From positions 124,786 to 184,149 of the forward strand of contig JAHPZI010000001.1 in the NCBI GenBank assembly GCA_019058295.1: a stretch of 59,364 nucleotides of DNA. The letters are read 5' to 3'. This DNA comes from Promethearchaeota archaeon (GTDB lineage Archaea > Asgardarchaeota > Lokiarchaeia > Sigyniarchaeales > SOKP01). Below the pieces are notes generated by a model that was not told where the DNA came from, searched no databases, and worked only from the letters and a program-made list of their open reading frames with translations. The position numbers and the translations under genes were made by a program. This document shows positions 28,165 to 37,004 of the stretch, piece by piece (within the stretch, counting starts at the first letter, position 1; every line of letters starts with the position of its first letter).

Positions 28165-30048
28165 TCAGATTCTTGAATAGCTATTATAAATGTTTTCAAA
28201 ATGATTAATCTGATTTTTAATATTTAAGATAATTAAGTCACGGGCGTCATCACCAAGTCCATAGAGAGAGAATATTATATCATCAATGTTCCTTAACGAT
28301 CTATAAACATTTTCATCTGCTATTCCATTATTTATTTCCAAATAGTTAATAATTTTGTCTACTTTCTTAATAATTTTAGCTTTAATATCCTCATTAGGTT
28401 TTAGTATAGGAAGATGTCTAATCATATATTGATTTAAATTTATAGTAGTGCCTTTCTGATTATTTATTCCATAAGTACAATAAAATTGATTTAAAATCGA
28501 ATTAATATAAGCGCACAAATATTTTAATTCCCCAATATCTTCATGAAGTAGCGAATAAATAGACGAAGTAAAGCAAATATTATCTTCGGTATAAATTGCT
28601 TCTGGGATTATATTATTATGCTTAATTAGGAGTTTAGGACTCTTATAATACTCATACTCACTACCTTTCAAAACATTTTCATTAATATCTTCGATATTAA
28701 AGGATTTATTTTGATCTATGTAATAATAATGGAAGTCGTCTTTTGCATTGACAAAGGCGCAGGTCCCTTTCATATCGTCCCTAAGATTTTTTTTTATATG
28801 CCTCAGGCCGATATCTTCCTCCCCGCGTATCATTTTAGGAAAATCCTTTATATTCAAATAATTAAGGTCTCCCTGAATCTCGATTATTTTTATAATTTCA
28901 TTAATATTTTCGGGGGTTTTTATTCTTATTCTATTTAACTTAACAGTTTCTGCTTTACAGTAAGGACATTCTTTTTCATAGGTATATACATAAATTTTTT
29001 TAGATTTTGAACATAGTGGACAATGAGGATTGAGACATATTTTTAATAAATCTACTTGTTGGTTGGAATAATTGATGATAACTTTATCGGGATAATCATA
29101 GACTTCCAATTTTCTTTCTTTTTCCTCATGATTTCGTTTATAAATAATTATTTGTACCTCATTTGTTGCTTTCTTAAATTGTTTTGACCCAATATCGAAG
29201 ATTTTCAATATACTAGCATTTGAAAAGAGCTGATTTCTAAATTCGATGTATCCTTGTCTAAGGAGAAAGCTTTTAGGTACTAATAATCCGATAATGCCTT
29301 TGCTCCACTCAAGTGCTTTTATTAAAAAGGCGCAGTAAATATCGTTATAAAAGATTTTTTCATTTTTTAAAAAATCTTTCTCTTCCTTGGTTAATATATT
29401 TCCGTAAGGAGGATTTCCAATGATAATATCATATTTTGAGGAATTATACGTTTTTAAACTGTTTTTTAATTCTATGTTCGATTTTAGAATAGAAAAAATT
29501 TGGGAAAAATCTGTTTTCCCCGAATTGAGATACCAATTACTAAGCTTTAATATACAGAGCTTTAATGCAAATTCATTAATATCATGCCCAAAAAGATTTT
29601 GGATTAATAAGGTTTTTATTTTAAAGGGATCTAGTTGCGGATCCAGATTTTTAATTAGTTTAAAGAGATTAGAAGCAGCACTTAAAAGAAAAACACCAGA
29701 CCCACAAGCGGGATCAAAAACCGAAGAATTTAAAAGAATATTTGCCACTTCTTTTTTCTGTTCCAATGTGAGTTCCAGAATATCTTCAATCTTATTAAGC
29801 TCAATTGGATTAATTTTATTATTAAGAAAAAGTAATAATGCTTGAGTGAATATGAAATCTGAAAGTTTTGTATCCGTATAATAGACGCCCTCTTTCTTTT
29901 TCTTATAATAATTATCTAAAAAGATTTCCTCCATAGTACTAACAGATTCCAAGATTTCTCTTACCATTTGGTTATTTTTCGAATATAAGCTCTTCTCAAA
30001 TAATTCGAAAACCTTGTTTATATCTTGGAAATCGTTAATATTTTTCAT
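28165..30048 (-). CDS. N6-adenine DNA methyltransferase (gamma class, TaqI/Eco57I-like) with C-terminal TRD
   Basis: GVYYT, DPACGSGVFL (motif I), IIGNPPY (motif IV), YLCAYINS TaqI_C-like region; internal Cys cluster. Confidence 0.88.
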   Translation of the reverse strand: MKNINDFQDINKVFELFEKSLYSKNNQMVREILESVSTMEEIFLDNYYKKKKEGVYYTDTKLSDFIFTQALLLFLNNKINPIELNKIEDILELTLEQKKEVANILLNSSVFDPACGSGVFLLSAASNLFKLIKNLDPQLDPFKIKTLLIQNLFGHDINEFALKLCILKLSNWYLNSGKTDFSQIFSILKSNIELKNSLKTYNSSKYDIIIGNPPYGNILTKEEKDFLKNEKIFYNDIYCAFLIKALEWSKGIIGLLVPKSFLLRQGYIEFRNQLFSNASILKIFDIGSKQFKKATNEVQIIIYKRNHEEKERKLEVYDYPDKVIINYSNQQVDLLKICLNPHCPLCSKSKKIYVYTYEKECPYCKAETVKLNRIRIKTPENINEIIKIIEIQGDLNYLNIKDFPKMIRGEEDIGLRHIKKNLRDDMKGTCAFVNAKDDFHYYYIDQNKSFNIEDINENVLKGSEYEYYKSPKLLIKHNNIIPEAIYTEDNICFTSSIYSLLHEDIGELKYLCAYINSILNQFYCTYGINNQKGTTINLNQYMIRHLPILKPNEDIKAKIIKKVDKIINYLEINNGIADENVYRSLRNIDDIIFSLYGLGDDARDLIILNIKNQINHFENIYNSYSRI

Positions 30049-30135
30049 AGTAAATATGAGTCCATTAAAAATAACTTCTTATGCTATATTTTCTCTATAT
30101 TTTTATAGTTAAATATACTTATTATTATTGGGATA

Positions 30136-30627
30136 ATGACGGATAAGAAGAAGAAAGAAGATTACCATGGGATTGCTCCCATTTCGGACCTTGTTAAAAA
30201 GATGAAAAAAGAATATGATAAGGATCCAAAAGAGTGGAGTCTAATTGGCTCAAAAGATGAACAGGGTAATTCTGACACTTTTATCCAAAAAAAGCCTAAT
30301 GCCTACTGGCTAAAGTCAAAAATGCTAAGTCCTTATTCAGCTTTATCTATGGGTACTATTGTAAGGAAGATTGACCAAGATATTGATGAAAAGATTGGAA
30401 AAAAATTGACTCAAGAAGATATGCTCAGACTTTTTGGTATGGTGGTACCAGTTAAAAAAGATAAAAGCGTGGTAGCCGCGGGAATTGAAAAATTTTCTCA
30501 ATATCATGGAGATTACATAAAAAAAATAATTTATGAGAGAGATTCAAATTTAGGTTATCAGTTGGCTAAGAGAATTGATCAAGAATTCTATAAGAAGTAC
30601 CCCCAGAGGAAAAACCTTTACATTTGA
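30136..30627 (+). CDS. hypothetical protein
   Basis: 163-aa ORF. Confidence 0.7.
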   Translation: MTDKKKKEDYHGIAPISDLVKKMKKEYDKDPKEWSLIGSKDEQGNSDTFIQKKPNAYWLKSKMLSPYSALSMGTIVRKIDQDIDEKIGKKLTQEDMLRLFGMVVPVKKDKSVVAAGIEKFSQYHGDYIKKIIYERDSNLGYQLAKRIDQEFYKKYPQRKNLYI

Positions 30628-31053
30628 TTATAATTTATCTTTTAAAGTTTGTAATCCAGCTTTATCTTTAATGATCGGAAGATTTGCAGAATACGCGCTC
30701 GAATTTTTAATTAACTCGGATATTAAAGCGTTAATTTTTTCAGGACCCGGTTTTGATTCAATAGATTTAGCGAAATCTTTTATATTATTCACGTTTAGAT
30801 CTTCCACGTAAAAAGAAATACCTTTTTCTACTTCTTCTAAGAGAAACTGATATGATAAATCGGCATCTCGTTCTGTTTTAACCAATGGATCATCAGGATC
30901 TTCGAAAGTATAGGAAATCTCCGTCCATCGTGAGCCATCTGGATTAGCAGGAACCATTCCGAAGATGTAATCTTTTGTATAAGCCCAGAAAACAGAATTA
31001 TTCTCTGCATTATCGTAGGAGGAATCAACAATACTCTTAAATTCTTCAGCCAT
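30628..31053 (-). CDS. hypothetical protein
   Basis: 141-aa ORF with AGGT upstream; abuts the convergent gene. Confidence 0.7.
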   Translation of the reverse strand: MAEEFKSIVDSSYDNAENNSVFWAYTKDYIFGMVPANPDGSRWTEISYTFEDPDDPLVKTERDADLSYQFLLEEVEKGISFYVEDLNVNNIKDFAKSIESKPGPEKINALISELIKNSSAYSANLPIIKDKAGLQTLKDKL

Positions 31054-31182
31054 ATTTATGACCTATTTATAGATTTTTTATTAAATTTTACTTTGTATAA
31101 TATTATAATAGCAGTTATAAAAAAATTTTCAAAATAATTTCTATTAATTTATTTAGTTATTATTACTAAAAATGATTTTTAT

Positions 31183-31941
31183 ATGCGCAAATTAAATTAT
31201 GAAAAACTGACTTCTGATATCCAAAATTGGATAAAAGAACATGTAACTTCTGCTGATGCGAAAGGAATTGTATTAGGATTAAGTGGTGGAATAGATAGCT
31301 CAGTTATCGCTGCTTTAAGTGTTAATGCGATTGGAAAAGAGAATGTTTTAGGTTTAGGTTTACCTTGCGAATCCATACCTCAAGATCTTGAGGATGCTAA
31401 GGCAATTGCCAAGCATTTAGGGATAACTTTTATAATTTCAGATTTAACTTCAGTATATAAAGAATTCTTGAAAGTTTTGCCAACTCATATAAAAAGTAAT
31501 AAAATAGCACAAGCCAATATTAAACCTCGTCTTAGAATGACAATGGTGTATTATATGGGACAATCACTTGGAAAATATCTTGTAGCAGGGACAGGAAATA
31601 GATCGGAAGTTGCTATAGGATATTTTACTAAATATGGCGATGGGGGGGTTGATTTTGAACCGATTGGTGCGTTATATAAATTCGAAGTTAGAGAAATAGC
31701 GAGAGTTTTAGGGATTCCTAATAAATTTATCGATAAACCACCTTCAGCTGGACTATGGGAAGGACAAACTGATGAGGATGAAATTGGTTTAACTTACGAT
31801 CTACTTGATGAAATTATTTATAGGATTGATCATATTTTATGTTTCGAAGGTTTAAACGAAAAAGATGTAAAAAAAGTCATAAATATGATAAAATCAGCAG
31901 AACACAAAACAAAAATGCCGCCAATGTTTAAAATAAAATAA
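31183..31941 (+). CDS. nadE: NH3-dependent NAD+ synthetase
   Basis: GLSGGIDSS, NIKPRLRM, GYFTKYGDGG and PSAGLWEGQTDE. Confidence 0.96.
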   Translation: MRKLNYEKLTSDIQNWIKEHVTSADAKGIVLGLSGGIDSSVIAALSVNAIGKENVLGLGLPCESIPQDLEDAKAIAKHLGITFIISDLTSVYKEFLKVLPTHIKSNKIAQANIKPRLRMTMVYYMGQSLGKYLVAGTGNRSEVAIGYFTKYGDGGVDFEPIGALYKFEVREIARVLGIPNKFIDKPPSAGLWEGQTDEDEIGLTYDLLDEIIYRIDHILCFEGLNEKDVKKVINMIKSAEHKTKMPPMFKIK

Positions 31942-31945
31942 GTTT

Positions 31946-33589
31946 TTATAAACTTGAGATTAACCTTCTTATTTTGGCTATTCGAGAGCTAATTTCATCA
32001 AGATTACTTCTAAGTCCTTCGTTTTGGTTTTTATATTCATAATCATCAATAATTCCACTATTATAATTATTACTCAACTCTTTATAGCCCTTTTCTAATG
32101 AATATCTTCTTCCTTCAAGTGCGATTAGTTCCTGATATAAAGCATCCTTATCTGTGGGCAATGGTTCGTCATCAACTATGGGAACTGGTTTAATCTCTTG
32201 TGGAATTTCAGCAATTATTTTCTTTTTTTCGACTTTTTTCTTTTTGCCTTTAGAAGTTATTTCTTCAGGAGTTTCAACTCCTACAGAAGAAAACACATTA
32301 AACAAATCTTTACCACTTGAATTAATTGATTCAGTATCTATATCTTCAACATCAATAGGAATTATTTCAGGTTTTTTATTAGGAAATATTAAGGATTTTG
32401 ACTCTTCTTTTTGTTCAATTTTCGTTTCTTCCTGAATTTCTTGTGTTTCCTCTGGCATTCCAAATGGGATGGTTTTTAACTTGGATTCTTCTGGAGCTGT
32501 TGATGTCTCCTCTGGTTTTTCAAATAGGAAGGATTCTAAATTGGATTCTTCTGTATCCATTGGTGTTTCCTCTGGCAGTTCAAATGGAATGGATGATGGC
32601 TTGGATTTTTCTGTATCCATTGATAGTTCCGTAATAGATTGTATGATTTTCGGTTTTTTTACTGGCAATGGTATTGATTTTTCTTTTTCCTCATCTAATT
32701 CTGGTTCTATGGTTGATTTAAATGGAATTTCTGAACTAATCTCATTAGTTGGTTCTTCCATAATAATTGGGGTCAATTTTGATTTCTTTTTAGGTATTGG
32801 TGTAATTGGTGGTTCTTCTTTAGGCTCAAGCATATCTTTTAGCTCATCTATAGATACTTGTGAAATACTCGGTTTTTTTGGAACTTCAGTTATGATTTCT
32901 GGCTCCATTTCTTTATCAACACCACTATCCCCTATTTTTTCAATAACTGCCTCTTCAGATTCAATTGGAACTTTGATCTTTAGGGGTTTCTGAGGCTTCT
33001 TAACTAAGGGAATTTTAATTTTTAGGGGAGCAAGTTTGCCTTTTAAATTAGAAGCTTTTTCTTCAACTTCTGGTTCTTGAGCAATCTCTTCTTGAACTTC
33101 TGGCTCTTGAGAAGTTTCTTTAATTCTTTCTTCTTTTTTCTGTAACTCATTCTTAAGTAGTTCAATTGTCCCTTTCAATCCTTCAATTTCTCCTTTAAAT
33201 TGTTCCGAAACTTGAGCCACAATTTCAGTAATATCAATATTTTTGTTAGCAATTTCTGGTTTAGATTCTATATCTTCTTTAGAATCACTTAAGAGGTCAG
33301 TTGACTCTGATTCTACCCCCATATCTCTGAGGCCCAACATCTTTGTAATATTTTCAGCCAATCCGTTTACTTCTTTGAACCATAAATCTAAAGTATCCCA
33401 ATTTTCCAATTTATTTATTGTATCTTCAATTAAATCAGCTTTATCAGGAATTAAATTTTCATCTTTCAGAAGTTTGAAGCCTTGAATTAATATTTCCCTT
33501 GCTTCAATTTCATCATCTGGAGTAGGTTCACCTTCGGTTAATTTCAGAAAAACATGTTTTATTTCTTCAATTATCTCTTCTTCACTCAT
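31946..33589 (-). CDS. hypothetical protein: helical N-domain, coiled coil, long Glu/Pro-rich disordered region, C-terminal helical hairpin
   Basis: 547-aa ORF with E/K/P-rich composition and PEET..TEES-type repeats. Confidence 0.75.
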   Translation of the reverse strand: MSEEEIIEEIKHVFLKLTEGEPTPDDEIEAREILIQGFKLLKDENLIPDKADLIEDTINKLENWDTLDLWFKEVNGLAENITKMLGLRDMGVESESTDLLSDSKEDIESKPEIANKNIDITEIVAQVSEQFKGEIEGLKGTIELLKNELQKKEERIKETSQEPEVQEEIAQEPEVEEKASNLKGKLAPLKIKIPLVKKPQKPLKIKVPIESEEAVIEKIGDSGVDKEMEPEIITEVPKKPSISQVSIDELKDMLEPKEEPPITPIPKKKSKLTPIIMEEPTNEISSEIPFKSTIEPELDEEKEKSIPLPVKKPKIIQSITELSMDTEKSKPSSIPFELPEETPMDTEESNLESFLFEKPEETSTAPEESKLKTIPFGMPEETQEIQEETKIEQKEESKSLIFPNKKPEIIPIDVEDIDTESINSSGKDLFNVFSSVGVETPEEITSKGKKKKVEKKKIIAEIPQEIKPVPIVDDEPLPTDKDALYQELIALEGRRYSLEKGYKELSNNYNSGIIDDYEYKNQNEGLRSNLDEISSRIAKIRRLISSL

Positions 33590-33843
33590 AAAAGGATCAT
33601 TTGAAAAAATTTTTTATGTTGAATTAGGAAAAAAATTATTCTTAATTATTAATATAATAATTCGATAATTTATTTTTTATGTGTTTACATCATCTAAAAT
33701 AACTATAAATTAATAAAAATTTGAAAAATTATTTGATATAAGATTATAATTAATGAAAATATTTATTAAAGAAGCTATCAAGCTCCCAATATTTATCTTA
33801 ATAATGAAAAAATCTATAGAGAAATATCTTTGATCAATAAAGT

Positions 33844-34266
33844 TTAAACTCTTCTTCCTCTGTGTCCCCCCTTCCGTCTACAATGGTCGTGCGATTTTGG
33901 AGTAACTTCTTCGATCCTGCCAATTTGTAGACCTGATCTAGCTAATGCTCTTATGCATGCTTGAGCTCCTGGACCAGGTGTTTGAGCTTTATTTCCTCCT
34001 GGAGCCCTAACTTTTATATGAATTCCTCCAATATTTTTATCCCTCAGATCGTTGGCGATTCTAAACCCGCACTGCTTCAACAAGCTATTCGAAATGAATT
34101 ACTTTATCGCTGCATACGGGCTACTTTCATTACGATCCGCCTTGACTACCATACCACCCGAGCATTTAGCGAATGTCTCGGCACCGCTCAGATCGGTGGC
34201 AGTAACTAATGTATTATTATACGAACTATAAATATGCACTATGGCCCATTTTATCTTTTTACTTAT
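33844..34266 (-). CDS. rps11: 30S ribosomal protein S11 (uS11), interrupted by a ~30-nt insertion with an in-frame TAA; probable ATA start
   Basis: A single frame reads [90 protein letters not shown]...[11 protein letters not shown]; follows rps13-rps4. Confidence 0.92.
34076..34105 (-). other. intervening sequence in rps11 (candidate BHB intron or translational bypass element)
   Basis: AAAGTAATTCATTTCGAATAGCTTGTTGAA; its removal restores PYAA-M-QCGFR; it sits at the tip of a hairpin spanning 34064-34122. Confidence 0.7.
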
Positions 34267-34288
34267 CTTTATTCACCTTTATTTATTA

Positions 34289-34780
34289 TTATTTTGTTAT
34301 GAAGGGACTATTAGGGATAAAACTAATTAAGTCTTCTTCGTCCTTTTTCACAATATAAGAAGGAGCATTTATTTTTTTATTCCCCACTTGGACATGTCCA
34401 TGTACAATCATTTGTCTAGCTTGGTATATCGTACTAGCAAGCCCTTTTTCGTACACTAATGACTGAAGTCGTCTTTTTAAAATATCTTCAACCGTTAGAT
34501 GTAGGACATCTTCGAATTCTGCTTCAGGACCCAAAATACCCAAGCGTTTTAATTTGGTTATTAATGTCTGTTGAACTTCTCCAGCTTTTTCTTTAGACAA
34601 GGTTCTGGAGTGTCGAGCGATTTCTCTCCAATTTCCTAACATAGTCCGAGATTTCCAGAACTCTCTTTTATTTCTAAGACCATATCTCCCGAGGAATTCT
34701 AATTCTTCTATAATTCTCTCTTTTTGGAACGGATGAGCAGGTTTCTTATATTTTTTTTTTAAACGCCTCGGATCTCCCAT
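34289..34780 (-). CDS. rps4: 30S ribosomal protein S4 (uS4)
   Basis: MGDPRR...YGLRNKREFW and RRLQ...ARQMIVHGH. Confidence 0.97.
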   Translation of the reverse strand: MGDPRRLKKKYKKPAHPFQKERIIEELEFLGRYGLRNKREFWKSRTMLGNWREIARHSRTLSKEKAGEVQQTLITKLKRLGILGPEAEFEDVLHLTVEDILKRRLQSLVYEKGLASTIYQARQMIVHGHVQVGNKKINAPSYIVKKDEEDLISFIPNSPFITK

Positions 34781-34790
34781 AATTAACTTC

Positions 34791-35285
34791 TCACTTTATT
34801 TTTTTTTTTACTAACTTCCGTCTCATTACACCAATAACTAGTCCATGGCGTCCAGTCGATTTAGTTCTTTGACCCCTAACTTTTAAGTGTAATTGATGCC
34901 TAATTCCCTTGTAACTTTTAATCTTTTTCATTCTATCAATATCTTGCTTAATGGTAATCTCAAGTTTATTGCCAATAACGTGGAGATCTTCGCCTGTTCT
35001 TAAATCTTTTTTTCGATTTACCATCCAGTAAGGAATTCCATTTTCTATAGGATTTAGAATTATTTCTTCGATTCTATTGAGATCTTTTTCTGAAATAGCT
35101 CCAATTCTTAATTCTGGATTAATTTTTGCGATTTTAACTATAGCTTGTGCAAATCTCGGTCCTATACCTCTAATTTGTGTTAATCCAAATTCAACTTTAG
35201 CCTTACCATCCACACGTGCTCTAAGATTACGAAAGTAAATTTGTTCTCGAAAATTTTTTGGTCTTAATGGTGATGGAACACTCAT
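34791..35285 (-). CDS. rps13: 30S ribosomal protein S13 (uS13)
   Basis: IRGIG, WMVNRKKD and VRGQRTKSTGR. Confidence 0.97.
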   Translation of the reverse strand: MSVPSPLRPKNFREQIYFRNLRARVDGKAKVEFGLTQIRGIGPRFAQAIVKIAKINPELRIGAISEKDLNRIEEIILNPIENGIPYWMVNRKKDLRTGEDLHVIGNKLEITIKQDIDRMKKIKSYKGIRHQLHLKVRGQRTKSTGRHGLVIGVMRRKLVKKKIK

Positions 35286-35389
35286 TATTTGAACATATAC
35301 GTTAATTTTATATTATAATTAAAGGAAGAGAATATTAAATTCAATATTAATTTTTTTATTTTAAGTAGAAAGCCCCAATAATAAAAACA

Positions 35390-36889
35390 TTAGTAATGAG
35401 GGTATCTTTTATTTTTTTCTTTTTTGGCACTTATATGCTTTTTACACCCATTTCTTTTAAAACCGGCAATTTTTTGTAGCATAGGTAATCCAGGTTTAAC
35501 ATCTTTTATAGGTTTTGATTCAATTAGACCATTTTTAAGTAATTCATCGTACAATTCTTTACCCTTTTCCGTTCTTATAATTACGGTATTCCATCCAGAA
35601 GGAGACCCAATCGATCCTATAGATATATCTGCCGATTCAGATGACAAATCAAAACACACTTCGCAATCTTCTCTTGCTAAATTACTGATCTCTTTGATGG
35701 GTATATTAAGTTCATCCCCAGATTTTGTATACACGATAAATTTACCTTTATTAATATCAGTTTTTTTTACATCATCAACACTGACATTTAATTTCTCTAA
35801 GATTTTCAATAATCCGTCTTCATAGGGAAACGATTCCATACAGAAAATACCAATACAATACTTTACTATTTGGAGAGAGGGTATTCCAATATCATAAATA
35901 TGAGACTTTAAGAGGGCCTGCATCATGCAGGGAACTCCTACAACTGCTATTCCCTTTGATCCGTCATTAAATTGGTTTAGTAATTGTAATGTTGGATTAT
36001 TCACATATTTCGTTCCAGCGGTAGATATAATATCTTCTTTGTTTTTTAATAATACGGGCTCTGGTCTCCAAGGATCACTACTCATCTTTGCTCCTAGTGC
36101 GCCATCAATTTCATTTTTATCAAATAAATAATGTAAACACGTACTGGAGATGCCACCATCTTGACATACTTCTGATATTTCTTTTACTTTTGTCCTAGCT
36201 GAATACGCTTCCTTAAAATATCCAATATTACCATATTCTTTAATCTCTGGTACATTTCCTAATTTCATAGGTAAGATTTTTGTAGGAAGATAGGATCTTG
36301 GACATACGAAATAACATAGTCCACATCTTATACATTTGTCTTCATCTATCTTTCCGAAACCATTATTTATTTCAATGCAATTTACTGGACAGATACCTGC
36401 ACATATGCCACATCCAGAACACACTTCAGATTCGAATATTGTACTAACTGGTTCATAGATTGATTTAATAGAAGTAAGTGATTTGATATTTGGAAAACTA
36501 ATTGAAAGATCTTTAAAAATTGATTTTGGAGGAGAATCATCAGCTCCTTCTATTTCATCATAAAGCTCTTCCACTAAAACAAGTTTTTCATTTTTTAATA
36601 ATTCTAACAGGCTATATGATTTGTAAATGTCAATCGAACTTTTTTGAGCAAATTTTTTCAGGCTTTCAAAATTATTTTTTTGATTAGATTTTAAATAATT
36701 ATAGAGTTCATATTTTAATCTCTCATCATCAAACATTTTAAATAAAATATTATAATATTGGGTTTCATTATAAATCCCTGCTTCTAAAATGTCCTTTTTC
36801 GCATCTATTAATGCACGGACTCTATATGAATCTAAAGTATCTGATACTGTTTTTAGAAACTCCCATGAAACCTGTGCTTCAGGACACAT
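35390..36889 (-). CDS. F420-binding FrhB/FdhB-family subunit with 2[4Fe-4S] ferredoxin domain and a ~145-aa N-terminal extension
   Basis: CSGCGICAGICP and CIRCGLCYFVCP; QDGG, AGTKY, VGVPC, IGIFCME and ADISIGSIGSP.GW. Confidence 0.88.
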   Translation of the reverse strand: MCPEAQVSWEFLKTVSDTLDSYRVRALIDAKKDILEAGIYNETQYYNILFKMFDDERLKYELYNYLKSNQKNNFESLKKFAQKSSIDIYKSYSLLELLKNEKLVLVEELYDEIEGADDSPPKSIFKDLSISFPNIKSLTSIKSIYEPVSTIFESEVCSGCGICAGICPVNCIEINNGFGKIDEDKCIRCGLCYFVCPRSYLPTKILPMKLGNVPEIKEYGNIGYFKEAYSARTKVKEISEVCQDGGISSTCLHYLFDKNEIDGALGAKMSSDPWRPEPVLLKNKEDIISTAGTKYVNNPTLQLLNQFNDGSKGIAVVGVPCMMQALLKSHIYDIGIPSLQIVKYCIGIFCMESFPYEDGLLKILEKLNVSVDDVKKTDINKGKFIVYTKSGDELNIPIKEISNLAREDCEVCFDLSSESADISIGSIGSPSGWNTVIIRTEKGKELYDELLKNGLIESKPIKDVKPGLPMLQKIAGFKRNGCKKHISAKKEKNKRYPHY

Positions 36890-36935
36890 ATCATATTATC
36901 CTTATTAATATTAATTAAAATGATTATTTTATTTT

Positions 36936-37004
36936 CCGAAAACCCATGCTTTGGGTTAGTCATATCCAATCTATAATTTTTATTTGATATTCATTCTAAT
37001 TCGG
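36936..37004 (-). promoter_or_regulatory. eukaryote-type SECIS element in the mvhD 3' UTR
   Basis: Minus strand: AUGA-AUAUC-AAAU-[AAAAAUUAUAG]-AUUG-GAUAU-GAC, giving a UGAA/UGAC quartet with tandem G.A pairs and apical As (core 36959-36994); basal pairings UUAG/CUAA and CCGAA/UUCGG. Confidence 0.75.

Noticed and set aside
32154-33485. Several plus-strand ORFs (e.g. 32469..32993) and other short antisense ORFs in the track
   Set aside because: They are shadows of real genes on the opposite strand, with Ser/Phe/Ile-rich antisense composition and no motifs.
34099-34101. rps11 internal stop as Sec/Pyl recoding or simple readthrough
   Set aside because: The codon is UAA, not UGA or UAG, and readthrough would leave a 10-residue insertion in a conserved helix.
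34072-34102. Spliceosomal-looking GTAATT...AG boundaries inside the rps11 insert
   Set aside because: GT..AG excision gives 28 or 31 nt (frameshift), or 18 nt (leaves four extra residues in a conserved helix). No spliceosome is known in archaea.
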